Notes under the pieces: generated by a model | Database searches by the model: none | Told to the model about the DNA's origin: nothing | What the model saw: only the letters and a program-made list of their open reading frames with translations | Position numbers and translations under genes: made by a program | In this document: positions 1 to 7,560 of the stretch, one piece after another | Layout: every line of letters starts with the position of its first letter | Position numbering within the stretch: the first letter of the stretch is position 1 | Assembly: GCA_963663405.2 (NCBI GenBank) | Contig: CAXXSM010000015.1 | Location: forward strand, 1 to 17,969 | Origin: a bacterium | GTDB taxonomy: Bacteria; Hinthialibacterota; Hinthialibacteria; Hinthialibacterales; Hinthialibacteraceae | Length of the DNA: 17,969 nt | Direction of reading: 5' to 3'

Positions 1-825
1 CGTCTTACCGGATTCCTTGCCGTCGGCCCGTTTCCATTCAACCGTCAGGCGTTCAATCCAGCCCGCCAATTTCTCATTGCTCAGGTCCGTAATCACACGC
101 GCGACCGTGTCGGCGTTGATCGCGTCCTGCTTGCGTTTCGCGTTATCGGGACGGTATTCGAAGCGGATGATGAGTTCATCGTTTTCCTCCGCCACAGGTT
201 TGTCTCCATGCAGCAGGAACCGCCGGTCGGCGCCATTGGCCGCTTTGATATTATCTTTCTCCGTATCCGCTTCGATGATCTTGAAATGCACACGATGGCC
301 GCTCGGTGTCTTGAAGGCATAGTCACGGAAATACTCCGTTGTCCTTAATGTAGTATTGGTCATGTGTTGGCCCAGTGGAGTTTTACTTCCTCGCCTTCGT
401 AAGGAATCGCGTAGGACACCTTCCTTGTAGCGGCGGAGTGAAATGAAATCGCCTTCGTCGTAATATCGGCTGAAGAAACTGCATAAGTGATCGTAGACTT
501 CGTTCTCCAGGGCCGTAACGTCCCACCGCTTCATCGCGGTCAGTTTGGTTCGAAGTTCCTTAGCTTTGGGAGCCTGTTCAGGATCCATACCAGCGGCTTT
601 AACGCCTTCGATAACTAAATCGAGATTTTTCTGAATCGCAGCCTTGTCACTTGACTTGTATGCGCCAAACGCTTCTTTAACCTGAGGTAGAAGATCTTTT
701 TCCAAGAATCGATTAATCTCATCCCGCCGCGCGTTCATGATCCGGTAAATACCGAAATCCAAATCGGCTTGATCCAATTGGAACAGCTCGGCGAGTTTAG
801 TCTTTAACTTTTCAAATGAATTCAT
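1..825 (-). CDS. Site-specific DNA methyltransferase, Type III R-M Mod-like (N-terminal part; runs off the left edge)
   Basis: Not in the ORF track; translated by hand. ATG at 825 with an AAGGTG RBS, 13 bp after the SNF2 stop. Reads MNSFEKLKTKLAELFQLDQADLDFGIYRIMNARR...ENEVYDHLCSFFSRYYDEGDFISLRRYKEGV and, after removing three single-base insertions, YAIPYEGEEVKLHWANHDQYYIKTTEYFRDYAF. I recognise this as the N-terminus of long Mod-type adenine methyltransferases. Catalytic motifs lie outside the window. Confidence 0.75.
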   Translation of the reverse strand, partial: MNSFEKLKTKLAELFQLDQADLDFGIYRIMNARRDEINRFLEKDLLPQVKEAFGAYKSSDKAAIQKNLDLVIEGVKAAGMDPEQAPKAKELRTKLTAMKRWDVTALENEVYDHLCSFFSRYYDEGDFISLRRYKEGVLRDSLRRRGSKTPLGQHMTNTTLRTTEYFRDYAFKTPSGHRVHFKIIEADTEKDNIKAANGADRRFLLHGDKPVAEENDELIIRFEYRPDNAKRKQDAINADTVARVITDLSNEKLAGWIERLTVEWKRADGKESGKT

Positions 826-838
826 ACATCACCTTCGT

Positions 839-3718
839 TTACTTGACGGTCCAACGGATCGTGAAAAGCGGCTCACTTTTCGTACGCTGCCGCATACGTT
901 TTTCAAGCGCATCGATCAGCGAGTCACGCTTCTCCATAATTTCATCCTCCACATCGAAGATCCGCTGCCGCTGACGGCGCTTCTTCTTTTCAAGATCCTT
1001 GATCTTGTCCTGAAGCTGGTGTTGTTCTTCAACGGTCGTCGCCTGCCGCGCCTGGCGATTGAGCGCTTTGATTTGTTCTTTGGTGTCGCGGAGTTCCTTT
1101 TCAGCGGCTAAAACCATGTCATCGGCCCACTTTTCAAGCTGCTCACGGGCCTCATTAAAATGATGGTTGTTTCGCTCGAGAGATTTGCTAATCGCCGCCT
1201 TGGCATGACGCTCAGAATCCGCCGCAATACGCTGCTTTTCAAACTCCGGTATATCTAAAACATCAAGCGTTTGCCCATCACAATTGAAGAGTTTCTCACA
1301 CGTTTCTTGATCGAGCGATCGCCCGTCGTCATCAAATCCTGAGAATAGAAGATACTCCTCCCGTTCAAACGAATCAACGAGAAGCCGCTGCAGGATCAGC
1401 CAACCAGATTTTTCCTTCAAATCCTCGATCATCGAGATTCTCGCCGGATGACCAGAGATATCGAAATTTACCTTCGTCACAGGCGTAGGATAGTCTTTCC
1501 CGGCTTGGATGACGAATTCACCGAGAGGATGCCCGAGACGGTAGAGGAACTCACCAGATACATTCTTTCGATCTTTCGAAATCATGTGGTACGTTCCTGA
1601 GTGGACGGATGGTAATGGTGGATTGTTTAGGTGAAAGGAAAGCGCCCGATCGTCAAACGAAGCTTTGTCATCCAGGATAAAACGTGTTAAGGTCCAGAAC
1701 ATGCGGCCTACGCGGTCAAGTTGTTCCTGTGCGCCGGTGAGATTAAAGCGAAGACGCGCATGTACATCCTCGTCAAAGTGTTCAAGAAGGATTTGCCTCG
1801 TCTCCTGTATCCGTGTCGTAATGGTTTCATCCAGTTCTTTACGTAAAGCCTCGAACGCGTTCTCGATCTCCTCCGGTGTCCGGCATAGCTGATAGATATC
1901 CAAGATGCGGCGCTCGAAGTCAATCCCAGATTCAATGCTGCCGAGAACCTCATCTGACGCGCCGAATAGGCCCGTGAATAGATTGAATTTCTCTTTAAGA
2001 AGTTCATACACACGCTGATCGGCGGCGTTGCGTTCGTTCAGAAAATTGATGACGACTACATCATGCTTCTGACCGTATCGATGACAACGTCCGATACGCT
2101 GCTCAATACGTTGCGGATTCCATGGCAAATCAAAGTTAATCACAAGCGAGCAAAATTGTAGATTGATTCCCTCGGCGGCCGCTTCCGTAGCGATCATGAT
2201 GCTTGCATTGTCGCGGAAATATTCGATAATGGCCATACGGGCGTCGATCGGCCGCGAGCCGGAAACTCTCCCGCTTTCCTTATTGACTTCCAACCATTGT
2301 TCGTAGATTCGTGTAGTTTCTGGTTCTCGGTTAGATCCATTAAATGTCACGACTCGGCTGGTGTAACCATTGGATTCAAGAAAATCCCTTAAAAACTGCT
2401 GTGTCCGCCGTGACTCAGTAAAAATGACTGCTTTTTGAGGAGCGCTTGTTTCCTCCATTTTGTCGAAACCGATCTCCAATGCCTTGAGAAGAGATCGCGT
2501 CTTTGTATCGATCCCGATACTGCGAGCCCAATTGATATATCTCTTTAGTTCCTCAATCTCTGACTCCAGTTTCTGCTTGTCGATCTTAACTATCTCTTCT
2601 TCCGCCGCGATGGAACCGGCATCCGATCTTTCATTCTCACCATTTAAGATTTCATCCAGCAGTTCATCTTCGATTTCCTCATCTTCAATAATCCGCTCAG
2701 CCAGCGTTGCGTCCATCTTCGCTTGATCGCGCATGGCAATGAGCCGGTCTCGCATGACCTCAAGGGTTCCGGCCAGCGCCTGAGAGGAAGACGCTAAAAG
2801 TTTGCGCACAATTAGCGCTGTTAGATGCCGTTGCTGATAAGGAAGAGAATATGTTCCATCACGTTTCAGGAATTCGGATACGGCCTCATAAAGTTTTTGT
2901 TCACGATCGGTTGGTTTAAACGGACGAGTAATTAGCCTGCGCTCTGTGTATTGGATGTATTCTGCGACTTGGCCCCGGAGAGTACGCAAACAGAAAGACT
3001 CAAGCCTGCTGCGAAGTTCTTGGAGATTACCACCGACATTGATGTATTGGGTTCGATATGACGGGAGATCACCAAAGATATGTTCATCAATTATGGTAGA
3101 AAGACCATACAACTCTAGAAGGGAATTTTGCATAGGCGTTGCTGTGAGAAGTACTTTACGACGATCTTCTAACGCCCAGCGGATGTTTTGCCCCATTCGA
3201 TTGCTTTGCCGGTATGCATTGCGTAATTTGTGCGCTTCATCGATCACAACAAGATTCCACTGGATCGGTTTGATTTCAGCCACCCGGCTACTGGCAAAAT
3301 GAAGCGAACAAATGACTATTCGCTCGTTCATGAAGGGATTTGGATTCCCACACCGAATCTGCTCTTTGTAAGTTTTCGTATCAAGAATCAGAGTTGGCAG
3401 ATGAAATTTCTCTTCAAGTTCAAGCGCCCATTGTTTACGTAATGACGCAGGGCAAATGACAAGGATTCGTCTATGACGTTCTGCCCAGCTTTGACAGATC
3501 GTCAAACCTGCTTCAATGGTTTTTCCTAGTCCAACTTCGTCAGCAAGAAGAACGCCTTTCGATATAGGAGATCGCAACGCGAAAAGCGCAGCCTCGATCT
3601 GGTGAGGATTTAAATCAACGCAGGCATCAAAAAGGGATCGGGATAAACGATCTACCCCAACACCACCTTGACGAGTCAATTCATGAGCAAAAAACCTTAC
3701 ATGGTAAGGAGTAGTCAT
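839..3718 (-). CDS. SNF2-family (SF2) helicase/ATPase with C-terminal coiled coil, R-M associated
   Basis: 959 aa. Walker A LADEVGLGKT, DEAH box, LLTATP (motif III), ATEAAAEGINLQ, DLPWNP and QRIGRCHRYGQ (motif VI). E/K/Q/R-rich helical C-terminus. Confidence 0.93.
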   Translation of the reverse strand: MTTPYHVRFFAHELTRQGGVGVDRLSRSLFDACVDLNPHQIEAALFALRSPISKGVLLADEVGLGKTIEAGLTICQSWAERHRRILVICPASLRKQWALELEEKFHLPTLILDTKTYKEQIRCGNPNPFMNERIVICSLHFASSRVAEIKPIQWNLVVIDEAHKLRNAYRQSNRMGQNIRWALEDRRKVLLTATPMQNSLLELYGLSTIIDEHIFGDLPSYRTQYINVGGNLQELRSRLESFCLRTLRGQVAEYIQYTERRLITRPFKPTDREQKLYEAVSEFLKRDGTYSLPYQQRHLTALIVRKLLASSSQALAGTLEVMRDRLIAMRDQAKMDATLAERIIEDEEIEDELLDEILNGENERSDAGSIAAEEEIVKIDKQKLESEIEELKRYINWARSIGIDTKTRSLLKALEIGFDKMEETSAPQKAVIFTESRRTQQFLRDFLESNGYTSRVVTFNGSNREPETTRIYEQWLEVNKESGRVSGSRPIDARMAIIEYFRDNASIMIATEAAAEGINLQFCSLVINFDLPWNPQRIEQRIGRCHRYGQKHDVVVINFLNERNAADQRVYELLKEKFNLFTGLFGASDEVLGSIESGIDFERRILDIYQLCRTPEEIENAFEALRKELDETITTRIQETRQILLEHFDEDVHARLRFNLTGAQEQLDRVGRMFWTLTRFILDDKASFDDRALSFHLNNPPLPSVHSGTYHMISKDRKNVSGEFLYRLGHPLGEFVIQAGKDYPTPVTKVNFDISGHPARISMIEDLKEKSGWLILQRLLVDSFEREEYLLFSGFDDDGRSLDQETCEKLFNCDGQTLDVLDIPEFEKQRIAADSERHAKAAISKSLERNNHHFNEAREQLEKWADDMVLAAEKELRDTKEQIKALNRQARQATTVEEQHQLQDKIKDLEKKKRRQRQRIFDVEDEIMEKRDSLIDALEKRMRQRTKSEPLFTIRWTVK

Positions 3719-3816
3719 TATCCAATATCCCCCCAGTCTCTAAATAGCGCATCTCCAATTCCGAATAACTTATCCTTAAATCTTTCAGATGCATTGGATC
3801 TTTTCCACATAGCCAT
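3718..3816 (-). CDS. 32-aa leader ORF translationally coupled to the SNF2 gene
   Basis: AAGGGGAG RBS (3822-3829) 5 nt before ATG. Encodes MAMWKRSNASERFKDKLFGIGDALFRDWGDIG. Its TAA overlaps the SNF2 ATG as TAATG. Confidence 0.5.
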   Translation of the reverse strand: MAMWKRSNASERFKDKLFGIGDALFRDWGDIG

Positions 3817-3868
3817 ATCAACTCCCCTTCGCGGAAAATACCATAGTATACCTCACAGAACCTATCAG

Positions 3869-3903
3869 ATGATATATCATACGATAATTGTGAACGATGT
3901 TAA
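3869..3903 (-). promoter_or_regulatory. Possible sigma70 promoter of the SNF2/methylase operon, overlapped by a 12-bp palindrome
   Basis: Minus strand TTAACA-16 bp-TATGAT (3903-3876). Perfect palindrome ATGATATATCAT at 3869-3880 overlaps the -10. Confidence 0.3.
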
Positions 3904-4097
3904 GATCATTATGGAAATTGGGGTATCAATCCGTAAAACAAAAAATCTCTTACAGAATTTTGTCTCTCCGGGAGTTTTGATCGGTTGAAATGAAAATGAT
4001 TAATAGAAAAGTCGAAATAGAATGATCATTCTGTGTAGAATCAAATTCGTAATATTACATCTCATTCTTCAATACCAATGATACCTATAATTATATA

Positions 4098-4110
4098 AAT
4101 CAATAACTTA
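4098..4110 (+). promoter_or_regulatory. IHF consensus site
   Basis: AATCAATAACTTA is an exact match to WATCAANNNNTTR, in an AT-rich context. Confidence 0.45.
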
Positions 4111-4310
4111 TACAAAATAAACACAATTACCCTGTAGCTTTTTGTAGCTCCAAACCGGAATATTTTTCCCCCAAGAATAGCCTTTGACTGATGAATAGCG
4201 AAAATGATAAAATGATGTCTGTCCAAAGGATGATAGTGTAATCCGAAGCTTTACGAAGCTTTTCTAAGGCAATTTTTTCCGCAAAAAAAAAGACCCTGTC
4301 AGAACGTCGA

Positions 4311-4420
4311 CCCGCCCCCGGGCCTCCCATTTTCCCCCCATACCCCCTGTTTGGTCTGGGACCCGGAGCGGAATTGGTCGCTCGAAATTTCGCGGCTCCG
4401 GGAGCGGGTGTGGGGGGGAA
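4311..4420. repeat. GC-rich nested inverted repeat / G-tract element
   Basis: Outer arms TTCCCCCCATACCC (4332-4345) and GGGTGTGGGGGGGAA (4406-4420). Inner arms CCCGGAGC (4362-4369) and GCTCCGGG (4395-4402). Palindrome CGAAATTTCG (4383-4392). Five G-runs of 3 or more on the minus strand at 4311-4347. Confidence 0.7.
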
Positions 4421-4489
4421 CGTCCTCTTTTGGAGATTCTACAAACCTTACAGTTACTGCATTTTTCATTTTCTACTATTCAAGTGATC

Positions 4490-4678
4490 TTATTCACTAT
4501 CCGAATACTTATAGACATTCAAACCTAGTCGGATAGAATTATTTTTTGGTACAGCGACATTCCCAGACGTAGTTGCAACTATGTGTGTCTTCCCAGATTT
4601 GGATGGTCCATAATCCTGTGTGAGATCGATCTCGATGAGTAACTTATTTTCTTTGTTTTCAAGCGTCACGTTTTTCAT
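4490..4678 (-). CDS. Small conserved hypothetical protein (GPSKSGKT...GLNVYK type)
   Basis: 62 aa, starts 1 nt after the dnaB stop. The pattern IDLTQDYGPSKSGKTHIVATTSGN...LGLNVYK resembles a small uncharacterised beta-rich family I recall from phage and prokaryote genomes. Confidence 0.75.
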   Translation of the reverse strand: MKNVTLENKENKLLIEIDLTQDYGPSKSGKTHIVATTSGNVAVPKNNSIRLGLNVYKYSDSE

Positions 4679-4679
4679 C

Positions 4680-6029
4680 TCAGAATGGCTCCTTTTCGCT
4701 TTCTGTTAGCGGTATAAACCGCGTTAATTTCTTCTGAAAATACAGTTCTACCTGTCCAATCGGTCCATGCCGATTCTTCGCGATGATAATCTCACGTATC
4801 CCAGATTCTTCTTTTAATTCGTCGTCTGGAGTATGTATGAAAATTACTTGATCCGCATCCTGTTCAATGGCTCCTGAATCCCGCAGATCGGATAAGCGGG
4901 GCTTTGCGTTTCCACTATTACTGCCGCGTTTTTCAATGTCTCTGGACAACTGGCTGAGTGTAAGAATCGGACAGTTCAATTCCTTCGCGAGGAGTTTTAA
5001 CCGACTTGATATCTCAGTCACGGCTTCATAGCGTTTCTGCGTTTGATTGATTCTGATTAATTGGAGATAGTCTATGACAATCAAATCTAAATCGTGAACA
5101 AGAGCCATGTATTTGGCCCGTGATTCGATCTTCTCAATTGGCAAAGGCGAATCATCGATATATAAATTCCAGCCTTCTGCGAGTTTTCCAGAATTAAGAA
5201 GTTTCGTTCTTTTTTGTCTGTCGAGGGCTTCCCTAATATTTATTTCCGCCACATTTGAGAGTACTCGTTCCGTCAATTCGAGTTTAGACATTTCCAACGA
5301 AAAGAAACCAACATGGTTACCTGATCGCGTTGCGTTCACGGCAATTTGCAGACCAAGGCTTGTCTTCCCTTCAGACGGTCGTGCCGCAAGAATAATCTGT
5401 CTGCCACGACCGAGACCGCCAGTTATCCGGTCGAGATCAGTCAAGCCAGTTGATATACCATCACAAGCGATCCGACCAGTTTGAATCCGCTCGCTTCGTT
5501 GGTTTATGCTGTCGAGCGCTTCAGGCAGTGTATCTGAGATCAGTTTCAAACCACCAGAACCGTCAATACGTTTGAATATTGTATGTAATTTGCTCTGAAG
5601 ATCGGAAATAACCTCTTCCGCTGAATCTGCTTCAGAGGCTTGTTTTTTGGTCTCTTCACACAAGCGGACAATTGCACGGCGGTTAGCGTGTTCCAATACA
5701 TATTTAGCAAAATACTCTACGTTCGCTGATGTTGCGACTGTCTGAGCGAGTTCAATCAAATAGTAAGGTCCACCGATTTTGTCTAGATTTCCCATCCTCT
5801 TGAGGATGTCGGCCAATGCCATAATGGTAATTTCTTGCCGATTGGCTGCCATATCGCAGAGCGTGAGAAATATGGTTCCATGTTTAGGCTCGTAGAAATC
5901 GTTGATTTGCAGAATCGCTTTTGCGCGCAGAATCGCTTCATCGTCAGAAAAACCATCGCGATTTTGCCGGAGGCACGATCCCAATAATTTCTTTTCTGCA
6001 TCGATATTATAAGGTATCTGGCTAGACAT
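4680..6029 (-). CDS. dnaB: Replicative DNA helicase (element-encoded)
   Basis: 449 aa. N-terminal PYNIDAEKKLLG...DFYEPKH, Walker A AARPSEGKT, FFSLEMS, VIDYLQL, LSQLSR, PRLSDLRDSGAIEQDAD and IIAKNRHGPIG. Confidence 0.96.
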   Translation of the reverse strand: MSSQIPYNIDAEKKLLGSCLRQNRDGFSDDEAILRAKAILQINDFYEPKHGTIFLTLCDMAANRQEITIMALADILKRMGNLDKIGGPYYLIELAQTVATSANVEYFAKYVLEHANRRAIVRLCEETKKQASEADSAEEVISDLQSKLHTIFKRIDGSGGLKLISDTLPEALDSINQRSERIQTGRIACDGISTGLTDLDRITGGLGRGRQIILAARPSEGKTSLGLQIAVNATRSGNHVGFFSLEMSKLELTERVLSNVAEINIREALDRQKRTKLLNSGKLAEGWNLYIDDSPLPIEKIESRAKYMALVHDLDLIVIDYLQLIRINQTQKRYEAVTEISSRLKLLAKELNCPILTLSQLSRDIEKRGSNSGNAKPRLSDLRDSGAIEQDADQVIFIHTPDDELKEESGIREIIIAKNRHGPIGQVELYFQKKLTRFIPLTESEKEPF

Positions 6030-7089
6030 TGATCGTTACTCCTCTTTCCCTCGCGAGAGCTTTGTATTCAGCGACTAAATCAACAATGGAACCATCCAGA
6101 ATTTCTTTTGACTGGAATTGTATTTTCTTCAACCGACAATGGATTGGTTTTAGGTCCTCACGGTTTTTTATAAAATCTCTTTGTTTTTCAACTTCACCAG
6201 TGCGCATGATTTTCACTCGATCTGTGAGTTCTTCGATAATCCATTTACGAGTTTGTTCTGCCTTAGTCCTCATAATTTTGAGTGGTGTCCATCCTTTCCG
6301 CGCATTCATCCATCCCGCCCTTTCTTCTCCATTCCATGCTCTATCTTCAAGCCACGTAGAAAACAATGGGATAAACTTCTTCTCTTCAGAATCATCAATC
6401 CGACTTTGAACGTATGGGCATGCCGCGTATTCTTTGATGGCGGTTAGAAGTTCTTCAAATGAAATCTCTTTCGACTGAATCAATCCTTCACATTTTTTCA
6501 TCCCTCGTCGTTTTTTTTCCTTCCTAGGATAGTAATTCCAAAGTTCTTCGAATTTATCTTCGAAGTCACCTGTTTTCTTCGCTGTAGTTTTTCGCTTTGT
6601 TTCTGTTTCAGAATCACAGGCGCCCTTATTGGAATGTTGTTCTATTGGATATTTCTTGGACTGGTGGCGATTTTTCGCCAGTCTTTCTACAGCTTTTTGC
6701 CGGTCTTTTACAATTTGGCTGGCGATTTTTCGCCGCTCTTTACCTCTCACAGATTGGCAGTTTTCTTCCGGTCTTTCGTCGAAAGGTTGTGGTTGCATAT
6801 TCAGCATGAAAGCGCAACAATGTGGGCCACGTCTGTATTGTTTTTTGATTAACTCGTGGCTTTTAAGCATTGAAATATGTTCACGGATTGATCGTTCAGA
6901 TGATTTCGTATTTTTCGCTATTGTCGACTCAAGCAATCGACAATAACCATTCTGATTCGCATTCAAACGCATCTCCGTATATGTAATGACTGCGCCTTTA
7001 GGTATAGGATAAGAAAAGAGATTCCTCCAAACTTCTCGTGGCATCCAGAGGAATTGCTCTCTTTTTTTTAGTGGTTCTATACTACTCAT
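6022..7089 (-). CDS. Phage-type replication initiator / replisome organiser
   Basis: 355 aa. N-terminal winged-HTH-like segment (ESTIAKNTKSSERSIREHISML). Motifs FEELWNYYPRK and FIPLFSTWL typical of phage initiators. Overlaps dnaB by 8 bp and contains internal DNA repeats. Confidence 0.8.
   Translation of the reverse strand: MSSIEPLKKREQFLWMPREVWRNLFSYPIPKGAVITYTEMRLNANQNGYCRLLESTIAKNTKSSERSIREHISMLKSHELIKKQYRRGPHCCAFMLNMQPQPFDERPEENCQSVRGKERRKIASQIVKDRQKAVERLAKNRHQSKKYPIEQHSNKGACDSETETKRKTTAKKTGDFEDKFEELWNYYPRKEKKRRGMKKCEGLIQSKEISFEELLTAIKEYAACPYVQSRIDDSEEKKFIPLFSTWLEDRAWNGEERAGWMNARKGWTPLKIMRTKAEQTRKWIIEELTDRVKIMRTGEVEKQRDFIKNREDLKPIHCRLKKIQFQSKEILDGSIVDLVAEYKALARERGVTINV
6665..6776. repeat. 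Four 22-bp iteron-like repeats (putative replication origin)
   Basis: TGGCGATTTTTCGCCAGTCTTT (6665), CTACAGCTTTTTGCCGGTCTTT (6687), TGGCGATTTTTCGCCGCTCTTT (6720), TGGCAGTTTTCTTCCGGTCTTT (6755), in the linker after the initiator's HTH. Confidence 0.75.
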
Positions 7090-7178
7090 TTTAAATCACT
7101 CATAATTTCTTCATGCGGATCAGAATGAGATCTTTTTGAATCGAAAAACTAAGCACATCTTTAATAGGAGAATGGGAT

Positions 7179-7379
7179 TCACCGTTCCAAAAAGATCAAG
7201 CCTTCATTGAGAATGACCTCGCGCTTAAATCGCCATACGCGGCCAAATCGTCGCCCACAATTGGGGGCAATCTCACCAGCAGCGCAACGTCGTTTTAGTG
7301 TAGACAGACTCAATTGGGTTATTTCGCAGACTTGCTTCATATCAAGCCAATATGGTAATACGGCTTCTTGCGGTTCCAT
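7179..7379 (-). CDS. Excisionase/AlpA-like HTH DNA-binding protein
   Basis: 66 aa, WLDMKQVCEITQLSLSTLKRRCAAGEI...RRFGRVWRF (HTH_17/MerR-like pattern). AGGAGA RBS at 7385-7390. Confidence 0.85.
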   Translation of the reverse strand: MEPQEAVLPYWLDMKQVCEITQLSLSTLKRRCAAGEIAPNCGRRFGRVWRFKREVILNEGLIFLER

Positions 7380-7424
7380 ACGAATCTCCTAAGACGATTA
7401 AAATTCTTTGTGGAATCACAACTC

Positions 7425-7440
7425 TGCAGAAAGCATGCCA
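7425..7440 (-). promoter_or_regulatory. Sigma54 (-24/-12) promoter for the xis-rep-dnaB operon
   Basis: Minus strand TGGCATGCTTTCTGCA, exact GG-N10-GC spacing (consensus TGGCAC-N5-TTGCW), preceded by TTT. Predicted start near 7414, about 35 nt before the xis ATG. Adjacent to a bEBP gene. Confidence 0.8.
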
Positions 7441-7469
7441 AAAGCGCATAATCCATATAAGTTATATAT

Positions 7470-7482
7470 ATTCAATATGTTA
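7470..7482 (+). promoter_or_regulatory. IHF-like site between enhancer and sigma54 promoter
   Basis: ATTCAATATGTTA, one mismatch to WATCAANNNNTTR, in an AT-rich tract at about -56 to -68. Confidence 0.5.
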
Positions 7483-7495
7483 TGAGATTTTTTTA

Positions 7496-7560
7496 TTAAG
7501 TGGAGTAATAGGTGGAGTTTTGTTTTTTTAAGTGGAGCAAGAACCATTTAAGTGGAGTAA
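7496..7560. promoter_or_regulatory. Four direct repeats TA(A/G)GTGGAG, candidate upstream activator sequences
   Basis: GTGGAG cores at 7500, 7512, 7532 and 7552 (spacing 12, 20, 20): TAAGTGGAGTAA, TAGGTGGAGTTT, TAAGTGGAGCAA, TAAGTGGAGTAA. Located about -85 to -145 from the predicted start. Confidence 0.65.

Noticed and set aside
1-3718. Calling the SNF2 + methylase pair DISARM or BREX
   Set aside because: No drmA/B/C or brx/pglZ genes are visible, and the methylase N-terminus looks Type III Mod-like. It cannot be assigned from this window.
4040-4110. Second sigma54 promoter near the IHF site, for the SNF2 operon
   Set aside because: The best minus-strand candidate TGGTATTGAAGAATGA lacks GC at -12.
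4268-4282. GGCAATTTTTTCCGC (and GGCGATTTTTTCCGC near 10540) as extra iterons
   Set aside because: Only partial similarity, isolated copies, and missing the TCTTT tail.
4127-4536. ORFs 4127-4330 (-) and 4351-4536 (+)
   Set aside because: They cross homopolymer runs and the GC hairpin, with no recognisable protein features.
7496-7560. GTGGAG repeats as a mini-CRISPR
   Set aside because: Repeats are only about 9-12 bp with 0-10 bp gaps and there are no cas genes.
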